Assembly: GCF_009914755.1 (NCBI RefSeq)
Contig: NC_060933.1
From: the human T2T-CHM13v2.0 reference genome, Homo sapiens
Length of the DNA: 64,000 nt
Strand: one strand, 5' to 3'
This document shows positions 13,218 through 27,522 of this stretch, in pieces. How positions within the stretch are numbered: position 1 is the stretch's first letter; each line of letters starts with the position of its first letter. The translations under genes were made by a program, and so were the position numbers. Under the pieces are notes generated by a model that was not told where the DNA came from, did no database searches, and saw only the letters and a program-made list of their open reading frames with translations.

Positions 13218-14734
13218 CGGGTTATAAATTTGTTATTCCTCCTGTGGTTGTTTGGATGTGTATTTGTGTGTGTGTGCACATATACATATTATTGAATTTA
13301 CGACGTTACTCCAAAGGCTTTTCTTTAACTATTTTGCTTGATGTATATTCAACAATGATAGTCTCAAACAAACAAACAAAAAACAGACCACACATCTGAT
13401 TTTTCACCAATACTGTTTATAGAATGAACCTGTATAGAGTCTGAGGCTATTCTGATGATAAATTGACTATAGGACTAGAAAAAACTATTTTGCCATTTTA
13501 CAAACGCTCATTATGCACCTTATATAATAGTGCCAAGTTAATAAATTTGCTTCTATGTTTATAGTCTGCAACGGAAAAAACTTACGAGGTACTATTTTCC
13601 AGATGAAAGTGAAAGTGATGACAGATTTTATTTCTTCACTTAAATTATTAAGATATACCTTTATTATGTGAGCATAATCGATTTTATTGCAGGGAAGTCC
13701 CTTAATTCAGTAAAAAAGACAGGATTGCTTCTTGAATATTAAAACATTTTCATCTTTTCAGTTTTGCTTTTCTTGATTATCTATTTTTCTTTTTACTGAG
13801 TAGTGTATATCATTTTTTAATTAAATATAATTTAAATAATATTTTACAATAATCTAAAATGCTTCTGAATACTTCGTCAATAACTTTTGGATGTTCAATA
13901 ACATTAAGAACGATTACATTTTTCAAATATTATTTTTGCATTATTTATATGTTTGCATTTTTACAAGTGTTCTAATCGCATATTGCAAGGCCAAATCAGA
14001 ATTTTTAAAGACTTTATTTTATTAACATTTAATTATAGCAACAATTAAGAAATAAAACAAAATGACATAAAATTTTAAATCATATGAATAAATTAAACCT
14101 ATATATTTAAATTACTTTACAATTTTAGTATTTTTCATAAATGTACAGAAATTTCATTTTGTGTCTGTTGTTATTACAATATTAAAATTATGTAATGGAA
14201 AAATAAATTAAGCATCAATTAAGACAGCATACATCTGTTGACAAAAGAAAGAGAAGGTATATTTGATTTCCTTGATTTTTTCCTCTCAAAATTGAGAAAT
14301 AGTTTAATTTTATAAATCTATATCCATTTAAATTACTTAAGTCACCATTTTAGCCTAATTTTTTCATTTTCTAGATAGATTACTCTTTTTTTTTTTTTTT
14401 TTTTAAAGGTATCATTTATTCTGGTTACGGGTAAAAGACAACTTTAGATGTGCAAATATTTAGATATGTAATCACAATTAGTATTTTTACTTCATGAAAT
14501 CTTTAGGCGCAAACTTTGCTGTTCTAAACTAAAATTTGGATTCCAATTCAAAAGCTAAAGACTATCATAGTGTGATTATCCCAAATGAACTCTTTTACCT
14601 AACACTTACTGAAATTTCAAGATAAGTAGTATTGAGATTCTACAAGTCAGTAAGAGGTCTTCTCCCTGTGAACTTTTAGGTTTTAAGGGCACAAGGAATT
14701 TAATGGCTACTGGGCTAAAGAATGTAATAACCAC

Positions 14735-15060
14735 TATTGTGCATATGATTTTAGTCATATAGGCAAAAAGCCTAGGAGTTACATTGTTTGGTCAGATGGC
14801 ATAAGTACAATTAATTGCAATATAAATTGTCAGATTGTTTCAAAAAGCTCTACAATAAATTATTCTTCACCAGAAATATATGAGAGAACACTAGAAACAA
14901 TAAGTCCTATAGATATCTTTAAATGCTACCTATTTGATGGTTTTTCTGGTGACATTCCTGTGTTATTTTAATTTGTATTTTCTTTACCACCCATGAATCT
15001 TAACAGATTTTTCTATGAAAGTTCAGCACTTTGATTCATTCTTCTGTGGACTGACTGCCT
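14735..15060 (-). mobile_element. Ancient L1M (L1ME-like) fragment
   Basis: Antisense L1 ORF2 3' motifs (TTGTCAGATTGTTTCAAAAAG, TTCACCAGAAATATATGAGAG, TTTAATTTGTATTTTC). Confidence 0.55.
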
Positions 15061-15487
15061 GTGCCTATCCACTTCCCTGGCTCTCTTGCTTGGTGTGTGC
15101 ATGTGGCTTAGTTTTAGCAAATAGAATATTTGCTGTCCCTGAGCCTTAGTCTTAAATCCTTATACAAGCACTTTTTCTTGTTATCTTACCTGTTTGTCTG
15201 ACTTGGGTGATGATTCTTAGAGTAATTTTGGTTGCCAAATGTTAAAGTTAGTAGAACTACTATAAGCCTCTGAGTGGCTAAATGGTAGTTATTTCTGTGG
15301 CCTGAATACTCTTATGAGATATTCAGAGAGATTGAGAGGGAAGAATTATTTTTGAAGACATGGAATTTTTATTTTCTATTCCTTAGAACAGTTTAGTTTA
15401 CCCTAAATAGTAACTACCTATTATTTTCCTCTGCTAATTTTTCTTGAGGCTCCTAACTTTATCAGGTGAATTTTAAGACATCTGTGA

Positions 15488-15847
<360 letters not shown>

Positions 15848-18039
15848 TTAACAAAATATTTGCTCAAATATATCCTTCCATCTGACAACTATTTAACATT
15901 ACTTTTCTAATATTTTTACCTTATTGCTGCTGACTTGATACATTTTTATTCATTCCACTACATCCTTGTTATTTTGGAAGATCTATCCTTTATTTCTTTA
16001 TTAAGGGGTATCTTCAATTTTTTGACCTCACAATTAGATGCATAATTTTCAAGTACTATTTGAAATAAAGATGCCTTCTATTGTCTTAGCAAATTAGTCA
16101 ATTTCTCTACTTACCCCTCCTCAATAAGTTGACAAATTCAAAAAACATAAATTTCCCCATTTCTTTTTCACCACTCCCCTCCAAGAAACCTTGGAACCAG
16201 TTTGTTCCAAGGTTTGTTCCCACCAAAGTCTAGATTATACAAAAATATTTTAGAATGTTAACGATATATTGTTAGTAAAATTCTTCTATTGAATAGTTTA
16301 TGATAATTTGTCAACATGAAATGTTAGGCAGACATTGAATACCAACTAGAGCTATTCATATTCTCTTAACGGGATTTCCATTGAGTTATTGATGAAAGAT
16401 AAAGTGATATAAAGAAAATGTGTATACACCGAGTGCAAAATATTTTATACCCTTTATGTGGCCATGAATATTAAATCACAGTTATGGGAGGAAATTGCCA
16501 AATACATATATTAGGCTGTTAAAAACTGTTTTTCTGAGCTCTGGAAACTGATGGATAGGCATAGCAGAAGAGAGCAGAAGCAAGCCAAGAAATCAAGGAA
16601 AGGATACAGCTATATAACAAGAAATAAAATAAAAGTACGTAATGTAATTCCCTTAGAAAATGAAGTAGGGTGACTGAGAAGATGTGGAGAACCTTTATAC
16701 CAATTTCCTTTTTCTAATCAGATTTGATTATAAAACATCGACATAAAATCAATATATGTGCATTATATTCATTTCAATTTTAACTTCAAGACCTAATTTT
16801 GCTGTCTTAAAGATCATGGATAACTCCATCTTATCTCAGTGTTCAATCTATAATTCATTAAAACAGTTTTCAAAAGAATTTTCAAAATACTTTATTATGA
16901 TTACAACCATACTTAATCTTCAATTAGGACATACTATGTGATAAATACTACGGTGAAGTACTTCTCAATAATCCATATTCTTAAACACAACAAGTTCTAG
17001 GATCAAACTGCTTAAATTTATATATTTGCTCAATCATTTGCAACATAAATATTTTACAGATGAAGAAACTAAAACACTTTTTTTTTCTCCGAAACTGTTT
17101 CAGGGCTAACTTACTCATGAGCTTGGTAAAAATAAAAATTATTAGATACCTTGTGGATCCGTTGCATATATTTCAAATTTAAGTTTTTGAAGCACTTTTT
17201 GAAAAGACTTCTTTATGTGACATTTGTTCATTAAAAACACAGTGATTCTTTTTTGAAATACGATCCAATTGTAAAATATCCTGTGTCTAGAAATGAATTT
17301 ATTTTCCTAACAAAAATGAATTAAATTAATTAATTAATTAAATTCTCAGAACCATTATTTAAACCAAGTGTGTTGATCCTACAACCAGTGAAAATAATCC
17401 CTACAATGCTAAAAATGTGTGTGCTATTATCCATCTATTTCCTAGTTCATTAAAGCCAAGTTATCATAATCTGGACTTTTTACCAAAGATTTTCAGGGAT
17501 GTCAAAGGTTTTTACTCCTAAATTTAATATGCTGAAATATTACTTTATGTTCTATTTATTTTTATTCATTTAAAATAACATTTTTCTCTATGTTGCGATT
17601 GCAAAAATTAACTTATTTACATATATACATGATGTCATGATATACTCTAGGCACAATTTTGGATATTTCCTTTTCCCAATCTGTTTAACTTACACAGGTA
17701 ATCAATATATGTAATCACCAAGCAAAAGACCTTCCTTGGTTTCTATTTTGTTATTTTTTCCTCTGGAAAAGAGTTTAAGATAGTTTTAACATGAAGAATA
17801 GCAACCATATTTTTTGCATACTGTTATTTCTTCAAAGACGCTTAATCTATATAAACAAATTTTAAAAACCCTGGTATCAGTTAGGTAAAATCTCTGAGAT
17901 TTAAAATATTTACTAAGCTACTAAATGTTAAGCAACACGGGATTTTGAGAGATTGGCCAATGGCAAGGATTGTAAGGGAACAAAAACTTGGAAACAATGC
18001 TGTTTGTCGACATCTTGAATAATTTGCTGTGCCTCTATT

Positions 18040-18255
18040 TTATGTCACAGTATTTCCACTTCCAGGCCTATACAAATAAATAAAATCAGTGTTATACACA
18101 GAATAGGTACACACACACACACAAGCGTTCAGATATAAAGATTTCAACTGTAGCATCATTTGTAATAAACAATATTGGAAACAATGTTGGTATATATTGC
18201 TAAGAAAATGTGTTGAGATCAATTTAGTATAATTATATAATGAGATATATGATTA
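18040..18255 (+). mobile_element. Ancient L1M fragment containing (CA)n
   Basis: CAGTATTTCCACTTCCAGG..GCATCATTTGTAATA..TTGGAAACAA L1 3' motifs. Confidence 0.5.
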
Positions 18256-18292
18256 TTTCATTTCTTTATGGAATGAGTGTAATGGGAAAATC

Positions 18293-18740
18293 CAGTGGAA
18301 AGCTTACGTTAAAGCTAAGAAAGTTAAATCTTTAAGACCTTTCATGTGTATGGGTCTTTCTCGGGGTCATATGAGTTTTGCAAAATTTGCTATGTAAGAT
18401 GCTTAATTAAAAATAAGAAAAGCCACACCTGTTTTGACTCCCATTTGCCTTTAGTCATTTATCTCCCTGTCAGGTAGTGCGGGTCCAGCCTACAGCACTT
18501 TTAGTATTCAGCTAAGGGGAAGTTGAAGAGAGACATATTTAATTTCAGTTCATTGAGGTTAATGTGCTTGATTTAAAGCCACTTCCATGTAAAATGAATT
18601 TGTTTCTGGCAGTTCAGAGACTTTCTATTGCTCACTCCATAGATTCATCCAGTGTCGTAGCACAGAGGTGCAGAGGCAGGAATGTTGTGAGACACATGTC
18701 ATGCAGTACTTGGTACCAGAGGCTGCAGAGAAGGAAAGAA
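18293..18740 (+). mobile_element. hAT-Tip100 DNA transposon (Zaphod/MER115-like) 5' part
   Basis: Colinear blocks GGTCATATG..TTTTGCAAAATTTGC, CAGCTAAGGGGAAGTTGA, CACTTCCATGT, CCAGTGTCGTAGCACAGAGGTGCAG match the recalled consensus; 3' limit uncertain. Confidence 0.6.
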
Positions 18741-19229
18741 ACAGCTGCCCTTAACCTAGCTCTCCTTTCCACTGATTCTTACCGTGGTGGTGATGTGGTG
18801 AGAACCAGATGTCCTACATGTAAGGGGATCTGCTGTAGGCAAAGAACTCTGGAAAAAAGAACCTGAGCATTTTTGTGGAAGAGTGACCCAGTTGCTCTGA
18901 CCCCCTTCTGAGTGCGTCTCCATAGTCACAAAATGGAAAAAAATCTGAGTTCTTACTCTAACCATTTGGATAAAAATAAATCACTCTAGGGGAAAGATAA
19001 CACTAGAGTCTCCAGCTTTGTAACTTCTGGGATGCATCTACTGGGTCTCATCTTCTCTTGAAATGTAAATATATAACCCTAGTGAGGTAAATCCCTCAGG
19101 ATGGCCCCTAACCATGTTCTTTCTGTGAATTAATTTCCAGAGCTAGTTCTTAGCGTAGAGCAGAAGTCTGAGTAAAATTTGTTGAGAAAGTTCTTACTAT
19201 GCATAAATAACTTTATTTACAGCCTAACA

Positions 19230-19835
19230 CTATCCATTAAAATCAATAAGAGAAAGACAAACTAATCCAAAATGACCCTGCAATCGGGGCTCTAAAACAA
19301 TGCAGGTTGACTGTAATTGTTAAAATGAATTTGGAAAGTATTTGACCTTATCTGTTAAAATTAAGTATATGCATACCCTGTGACCAATAATTCTGCTACT
19401 ATCATCCAACAGGAACACATAAACATATTCAGCAAATGTACAAAATTTTTTATTAAAGAATTATTCACAACAGCTTAAATTGGAAGTTTTGCAGTTATCC
19501 ATCAAGAGTAAAATAAACACATCATAGCATATATATACATACATGGAGCATTATCAAGCAAGAAGGATAAATGGTATACCCAAGAGAGCTTTGATGACTC
19601 TCCTAAATATATTTCTGAGTAACAGAAGCCATCCAGAAAAGAATATATATTGTTTAATTCTATTATAAAAGTTCAAAAATAGGTTAAAAAAAGTCTATGT
19701 TATTAGCAATCAGAATAATAATTACTTGCAGATAGAGCAGATGGTAATTTAAGGGAATTTTATTGTGAAATATGTACAATCACTTTGTTAAAATTAATTA
19801 ACTATATACTATTTGTGTATTTCAATAAAAATGTT
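19230..19835 (+). mobile_element. Ancient L1M 3' end
   Basis: TATGCATACCCTGTGACC, TTATCCATCAAGAGTA, AGAAGCC..CAGAAAAGAATATATATTG, terminal TTCAATAAAAA. Confidence 0.65.
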
Positions 19836-19884
19836 TAATAAACTATCTCATCGTTGTTATTTACATTTATTAAATAGCATTTAG

Positions 19885-20502
19885 GCATGGGTGAAAAGGT
19901 TTAACTTGACTGGCCTGAATTGCTCAAATACTATACATTCCAAAGAGGGGTCCCTCTGCAGGACTAGACCTTAGACTAGGAGTTCATCTCTGAGCCCTTG
20001 GAGTATTTTGCTTGATAAAAGTGTTCTTGTTTTCCTAAAGTCTTGGGCCATACTCTCCCAGTTGGACCAGAAAAGGTTATGTTATCAACGTGACTTATGT
20101 GAACATCTGTTTTTACTCTGGGTGTAGGAAGAAAGTTGTGCTTAAATGTCATGGAGCTGAGGTCAATCATATGGGCATTACATGACTATGCGACTGATCC
20201 CAGTAAACACCTTCGACAACTAGACTCCAGTGAGTGTTCCTGGTTGGCAATGCTTTGTACTTTACATATTGTTGCTGGGATAATTAAACATGTCCCCATG
20301 CAACTGCTCTGGGAGGGGACACCTGAGAGCTTGGACTTGGTTTCTCCTGGAGTTCACTTCATTTGTCTTTTCTCTTAGCTGACTTCTATCTGTACTGTTT
20401 TTACTGTAATATACTGTAACAATGAGTACTACAGCTTCTGATTCCCTTAGAGACTTCCAATAAATTACCAGGTCTCAAGTGGTCTTGGGAACCCCTGGCA
20501 TA
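19885..20502 (+). mobile_element. MER77-like ERVL solo LTR
   Basis: TTAACTTGACTGGCCTG..ACATTCCAAAG..CTCTGAGCCCTTGGA..; end GTGGTCTTGGGAACCCC. Confidence 0.75.
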
Positions 20503-21000
20503 TTACTGAACTTAAAGTTTTCAGAATATCTGTATTTGGTATATTCCATGGCAAGCACTATATCCATCACACTTTTCATTTATTGACATAACTCCAAATA
20601 TTTCCACATATCTAAAATTCAGGAAAGTAACCCTATCCTTACCTCTGAGGATAAAGCTTGTTAAGCATAGGTAAACCATGATAATTTAAATTCACCTGTT
20701 TGTGACTGACTTTTTTTAATGACTGTTTTTAGTCAAGAAAATGTGAAGGTAGGTCTGCCAAGAGCTACTGAAAAGAGTTACATTTTCTAAAAAAAAAAAA
20801 AAATCCTCATCTTTTCTCTTTGAGAATAATTTGTGGTGTTTCTGAAATCATTGTCTGCCCATAAAGAGAGATTACTTAAACAAAAAGTCTGTATAAAATA
20901 TGACTACAGAGAAAGATGAGAAAAAAATCATATTCTTGATTAATTTATTGATCTATTAAATTAATAGTCTAGGAAGTAGATCCCTCTTTGGACTTCCAGT

Positions 21001-21300
21001 TAGAGACAGGGCCTTACTCTATGGCCCAGGCTGGAGTGTAGTAGTGCCACCATAGCTCATTGTGTAGCTCACCGCAACCTCAAACTCCTGGACTCAAGCA
21101 AACCTCCTGCCTCAGCCTCCCAAGTGGCTGGAATACAGACAGGTGCCACCATGAACACACCTGGCTATTTTTTTTTCAGTTGTAGAGCTGAGGTCTCCCT
21201 ATGTTGCTCAGGCTGGTTTTGAACTCCTGGCCTCCAGTGAGCCTCCCACCTCAGCCTCCCAAAATGCTGGGATTCCAGGCATAAGCCACCAGACCTGGCC
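21001..21300 (-). mobile_element. AluJ
   Basis: J-type features (CATAGCTCA, AACTCCTGGACTCAAGC, CTATGTTGCTCAGGCTGG); tail lost. Confidence 0.9.
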
Positions 21301-21343
21301 TATTTATAGTTTAAATTTTCTCATCGTCTAAATAAAAGATCTA

Positions 21344-21659
<316 letters not shown>

Positions 21660-21677
21660 GATCTAAAACTAATTGTC

Positions 21678-22008
21678 TAAGTTGGTGGAGCAGTCAGAAC
21701 ACACACATTTATTGATTAAATTCATTGTCTTATATGGATGTGGTTCATGGTGCCCAAAACAATTACAATAGTAACATCAAAGGTCACTGGTTACAGATTA
21801 TCATATCAAATATAATTATAGTTAAAAAGTTTGAAATATTGTGAGATTTACCTAGATATGGCACAGAGATATAAATGAACACATGCTATTACAAAGTGGT
21901 GCCAATAAAGTTGCTTGATGCAGGGTGGTCATAAACCTTCAATTTGTGTAAAACACATTATCTGTGAAGCCAAGTGAAGCAAAGCACAATCAATTGAAGT
22001 ATGTCTAT
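21678..22008 (-). mobile_element. Tigger1 5' end fragment
   Basis: GGTGGAGCAGTCAGAACACACAC..AAAACAATTACAATAGTAACATCAAAG..AAACCTTCAATTTG, ending in a TIR-like GAAGTATGTCTA|TA. Confidence 0.85.
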
Positions 22009-22029
22009 ATTCCACTGCCTTTTTAGAGT

Positions 22030-22221
22030 GTATATAGTTGTATTACATAACATACATAATATATATACAAATATATATAATATATATACAAATATATATA
22101 ATATATATATTTGGGTATATGTAATATATATTATATATATTTGTATATATATTATACATACATATTATATACATATATAGTATACATATATATTATACAT
22201 ATATATTATATATATATATAT
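22030..22221. repeat. AT-rich (TA)n low-complexity repeat containing a 33-bp inverted repeat
   Basis: Directly visible; arms at 22076-22108 and 22124-22156. Confidence 0.95.
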
Positions 22222-22560
22222 TTGATATGGACTGTGTCTTGTTTCCCCAAAATTAATATATTGAAGCCTTAACTCTCAATGTGTTAGCATTTGGAGGTGG
22301 GACCTTTGGAAGTAATTAGGTTTAGATGAGCCCATAAGGATGGGGTCTTCATGATGGGATTAGTGCTCTTACAGGAAGAGACCAGAGAGCTAACGCTTTC
22401 TATTCACTATGTACGTACATAGGAAAAAGGCAGCCCTTTGAAAGCCCAGAAGATGACCCTCCTCAGACTTGCCAGGTTCAAGAACTATAAGAAATAAATG
22501 TCTATTGTTCAGACCAGCGCCTATCTTATTTTTATATAGCAGCCTGAGCTTACTAAAACA
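22222..22560 (+). mobile_element. MLT1A-like MaLR solo LTR
   Basis: TGATATGGACTG..CCCCAAAATT..GGAGGTGGGACCTTTGG..TAGCAGCCTGAGCTTACTAAAACA. Confidence 0.85.
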
Positions 22561-23879
22561 ATTATTAAGAAAAAACAGCAAAGCAAACAAACAAAAGCAA
22601 CTATGTTTAAAACTCCTGGAAAAATAATTTATCTTCTGTGCAGCTGTTTTTTTAAGATTTTCCTTTAATGTATTTCCTCTCATTTTTCTTGCGTCTTATT
22701 TGGAGTCTGTAGTAGCATAGTTCTTAATTTGCTTATCAAGTAATTTACATCATATTAAACATGAATTTCAACCAGCAAAGAATATTATTAAAACTTCTGG
22801 ACTAATGTTATTCACTTGTATTCTTTCCTACCACCCGGAAATGCTTTTGCTGGCAATGATTTCTCCTTTGATGTTGTGAAGTTTCGGGCCATTGTTAGAG
22901 AAACAGGTCCACTTGCTGATTAGCAGGCAGTAGGCTTTGTGACCTAAGTTCAGTAACAGAAGATCATTACTTTCTCTGGCAATTTGATACAACATGCTTC
23001 ATATATTCCAAAATTCATCAATTTTCTGCTCCGTTGATGTCCTCCTTTATTATGTTAAAGAGTTGCCACAGTATAGTTTATTCATAATGCTATTTTCAGT
23101 TGAATTACTAGAGCTCCACTTTAGCATTTTAAAATCATATTATCGCATGTTTATTTCCAAATTAAAATCCTCTCTTAAAAATCAGGGATATCAGTATTCA
23201 TCTCTTTTTATGTAAAAATATTAAAAAATTAGAAGTGAAATATCACAGAAGATATTTTAAATATGAAGACAAATAATGAAATAAGGAGAATTTTAAAAGC
23301 CAAATATTTTGGATCAGAGTAAGAAGTTAGTGGTAAAAGATAAAGGTTATCCAACAACCTTTTGCAAATGAAGCCAAAAAAGTAGGTTTGTGCAACAGTG
23401 AATAACTAAAATTACAACTCTTTTATATTTCATTAAAAAACATGCCCTTTTTCAAAATGTCAGATCGGTTTAATCACACCATAAAATTATTTACCCAAAG
23501 TTAAGGAAAAATAGCATACTGTCATATAAGTAGAAAATTTAAATACACAATTGATATTTAACGTTCTCTAAGCAATGTAAAGATTGCTTTTAAGGCATCT
23601 AACAGAGTTGTATTTATTATTAGGGATCAAAAAGTGTGTAAATTAGCACAATATATTTTATATAAAATGAATCTGATTGTGTTTTCTCTTATAAGAGTAT
23701 ACAATTATAATTCTGAATTTTGAATTTATTCTTAAACAAATAAAAACAACTGCTATATCTGAATTCTTGTTTTATGTCACTCTTGTGCATATTTTTTACT
23801 ATCTATATTTTAGGCATTTTCTAGGTTAAGTATGCACAGTTGGAGCTTACTCAATATAGCCTAGCAATGCTCCCTGTTT

Positions 23880-24587
23880 CTTTTTTTTAACCTTTAATTT
23901 CAGGGGTACATGTGCAGGTTTGTTATATAAATACATTTGCATCATGGGGGTTTGTTTTACAGATTAATTCATTACCCAGGCATTAAGCCTATGACTCATT
24001 AGTTATTTTTCCAGATGGTCTCCCTCCCCCGACCTTCTGCCCTCTTGCAGGCCCCGGTGTCTGTTGTTCCCTTCTTTGTGTGCATGTGTTCTCATCATTT
24101 AGCTTGCACTTACAAGTGAGAGAATGTGGCATTTGTTTTTTCGTTCCTACATTCATTTGCTAAGGATAATGGCCTTCAATGCCATCCATATTCCTTCAGA
24201 ACACATGATCTCATTCCTTTTTATGGCTACATCTTATTCCCTGGTGTATATGTTCAACATTTTATTTATCCAGTCTTTACTATTGATGGCCATTTAGGTC
24301 TATTCCATGTCTTTGTTAATGTGAATAGTGCTGCAGTGAACATATGTGTGCGTGTGTCTTTATAATAGAACAATGTATATTCCTTTGGATATATACCCAG
24401 TAATGGGATTGCTGGGTCTAATGGTAGTTCTGTTTTTAGGTCTTTGAGGAATCACCACACTGTTTTCCACAATGGCTGAATTAATTTACATTCCCTTTAA
24501 CAGTGTATAGTGTTCCTTTTTCTCTGCAACCTTACCAGCACCTGCTACTTTTTGATTTTTTAATAATAGCCGTTCTGACTGGTGTGC
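23880..24587 (-). mobile_element. L1PA13-16-like, 5'-truncated (3'UTR and ORF2 end)
   Basis: CAGGGGTACATGTGCAGGTTTGTTA..ATACCCAGTAATGGGATTGCTGGGTC; degenerate TSD TGCTCCCTGTTTCTT / TGCTTACTGGTTCTT. Confidence 0.88.
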
Positions 24588-24589
24588 TT

Positions 24590-24765
24590 ACTGGTTCTTA
24601 ATCTCACCCACATCTTAGAATAATGTGGAACATTTCAAACTACCCACACCTCTTTCTAAAAACTGAAGTTCTGTTTTAATTGGACTTTAGTAGAGCCAAG
24701 AAATGAGTATTACTTAAAATCTTGCCATGTGATTCTACTAGGAAGCCAGGGTTCAGAGCCATGGA
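24590..24765. mobile_element. MER5-like hAT-Charlie MITE
   Basis: CTGGTTCTTAA..TTAGAATAA..TGTGATTCTA..AGCCAGGGTTCAGAGCCATGG. Confidence 0.55.
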
Positions 24766-25511
24766 TTACATTTTTAATATAAATACACATTATTAGTTGA
24801 AGCAGTTTTAAGTTAGGATAGCTGTAACGTTGATTGAAAGGGGAATACTTAAAACAGAACCCTGCCTTAGGTCGTCAAGACTTAAAAAATTCTTCTGTTT
24901 TTATTCTATTAAATATAATCATGCATTCATTTACTTTAGCATTTATAATTCTAAAACACATTGCAAATTTCACAAAACTACCATTTTCTAAATGTCAACA
25001 CTCTAAATACACCATTTATTTTTCAAAGTAGTATATTCACTTCAAATTCCATTGCTGTGTCAAGAGTTAGTTGAACTTAAAATATAATTAATAGTTACTC
25101 AGCAAAAATAGAAAGATGTTAGCTGACTGTGTCAAAAGAAATATTTTAACACTGATTTCATTTTTACTAAATGACTGAATTTTTCTTTATATTTTATGCT
25201 TAAGCTTCTCTGCTTTCTTTCTATTTTTTGTGGTTTAAATAAAGAACCATGATTATCTGTATAACTGATTGCTCAAAGTAATTAATCATTTTTCTTATGA
25301 AATTACCAGGGTAAATTAAGAATCATAATTACAGAGTTTTCTCTTGTCTAGAGGAAACATACTGAGAAACTGTGTTAGGAAATTATTATTTCAAAACCCA
25401 GTCTAAGTTCTCAGCCACTGGACTTTAAAAAATACATATTACATATACTTTTTCTAACATGATTGAGAATATAGTTTGTTTCAGATTTCCACATTTCTTA
25501 AATGAAAACAA

Positions 25512-25816
25512 TAAAGAATTCAAAAGGCAAAAGGTACTGTAAAAAAAAAGGTATTCGATCTCATGTAAATGAGAATCCTACACTCTCACTGAATTTTACT
25601 AGAGGGGAACTTATTGTCACATCAGATTGTTTGTTCAAGACACTATTTCTGATGTATTTTATTAAAGAATTCAAAAGGCAAAGGTATTGTAAAAAAAGTT
25701 ATTTGATCACATGTAAATGAAAATTCTACCTTCTTATTGAATTTTACTAATTAGAGGGATAATTATTCTCGCATCAGGTTATTTGCCAAGATACTATTTC
25801 TGATCTATTTTATTAA
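25512..25816. repeat. Two-copy tandem duplication, period about 151 bp
   Basis: TAAAGAATTCAAAAGGCAAAAGGTA at 25512 and 25663; both copies end CTATTTCTGAT.TATTTTATTAAA. Confidence 0.92.
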
Positions 25817-26187
25817 AAGTCACCATTTATCATTGGTTTTCATCTCATGTTATATATGCAAATGAAACTCCTTTGAGTATGCAACGGTTATTTACTGCAG
25901 TGAATATCGTATAATCATATTTATCAAAATGTTCTTCTTTGAAATATTTTTCTAGTGCTTATTAGCAAACAGTTTTTATATTTGAGAAAGTGAAACGTGG
26001 ACTTTAGAATCAGATTTAGGCCATATGGTAAGCCAGTTGCCTGAAAAATCTTCATAACAAATGCTAATATTGATGAATTTTGGAGATGTCATTATATATG
26101 TATACCTAAAACTACAGGAAAACAAAGAAACTTACCAATGCCAGAAACACAGGCAACACTTAAAACCAGCAAGACCAGTTGCTCTGA

Positions 26188-26557
<370 letters not shown>

Positions 26558-27522
26558 AAATTTGGATTTTCTTAATGCTCATCAGCGAAGGGGTGATGCA
26601 TAGCTGGACCTAGATTGAAAGAGTAAAGAAAAATACTTATTAACCAACCCAGTATAATTAAGAAGTTTGTCTGTAAATACTAGAACAATTGGTAGAAAAA
26701 ACAAATACATATTCTCCCCTGAGAATCTGTAACATCAGGATTATCCATCATGTGTTGTTTGACTTCAAATTTTTAAATTGTACAGCCTTGAACCATGAAC
26801 CATCAAATTAACAAATTAACATATAGATTATTTTCTGGCCATTGATACACTGGAAGTTGGGTGGAAGAGATGCAAAATCATTCCAGAGCAAAAGCTGAAA
26901 ATTTTTTTCTGCAAAGGGCAAGATAATAAACATCTTAGGCATTATTGACCATTTTAAAGAGCAGCTTATAGTCACCAAAAGGAATATCAACAAACTAGAA
27001 AGTGAAGATGAAGAATTATCCAGAATGCAGAATATGAACCAAAAGATAGAACATAAGATAAGCTGAAAGCCATGGAGGATTGAATAAAACTATCCAAGGA
27101 ATATCTAAAAGAAATTCTGAAAAGAGAATAGTAGGAATAAAAATAATGGGATTATAATAGTTTGCTTCTACTTCTGGGATGAATGTAGTAGTTGTATAAG
27201 ACACATACTCTTATTAAAATGACAAGAAAAAGCTGGATAAATTATAAAAGCCATATATTTTTTAAAGCATGAGGGAACTGTAGAAACAATGATGAATAGA
27301 TGAACTAAGAGTACAGACATACCTGAGTGTTCGAAATGGGCCAAAGAGCATGATGCATTCATAGCGTCTACTAGTCAATTCTGGCACAAATTAGGAAGTA
27401 GAAGGCATGTTCAATGGAGGCAAAACAGTAATATATATATAAACATGTGGGTAAGTCTAAAGAAGCATTTGCTATATTGAATCAATCAAATACAATAAAG
27501 TAAAACAAATACTAGAGAACAT

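Noticed and set aside
18564-18866. 100-aa ORF with CPTC motif
   Set aside because: Non-ATG start, largely overlaps a decayed hAT-Tip100-like fossil; no recognisable domain or splice context
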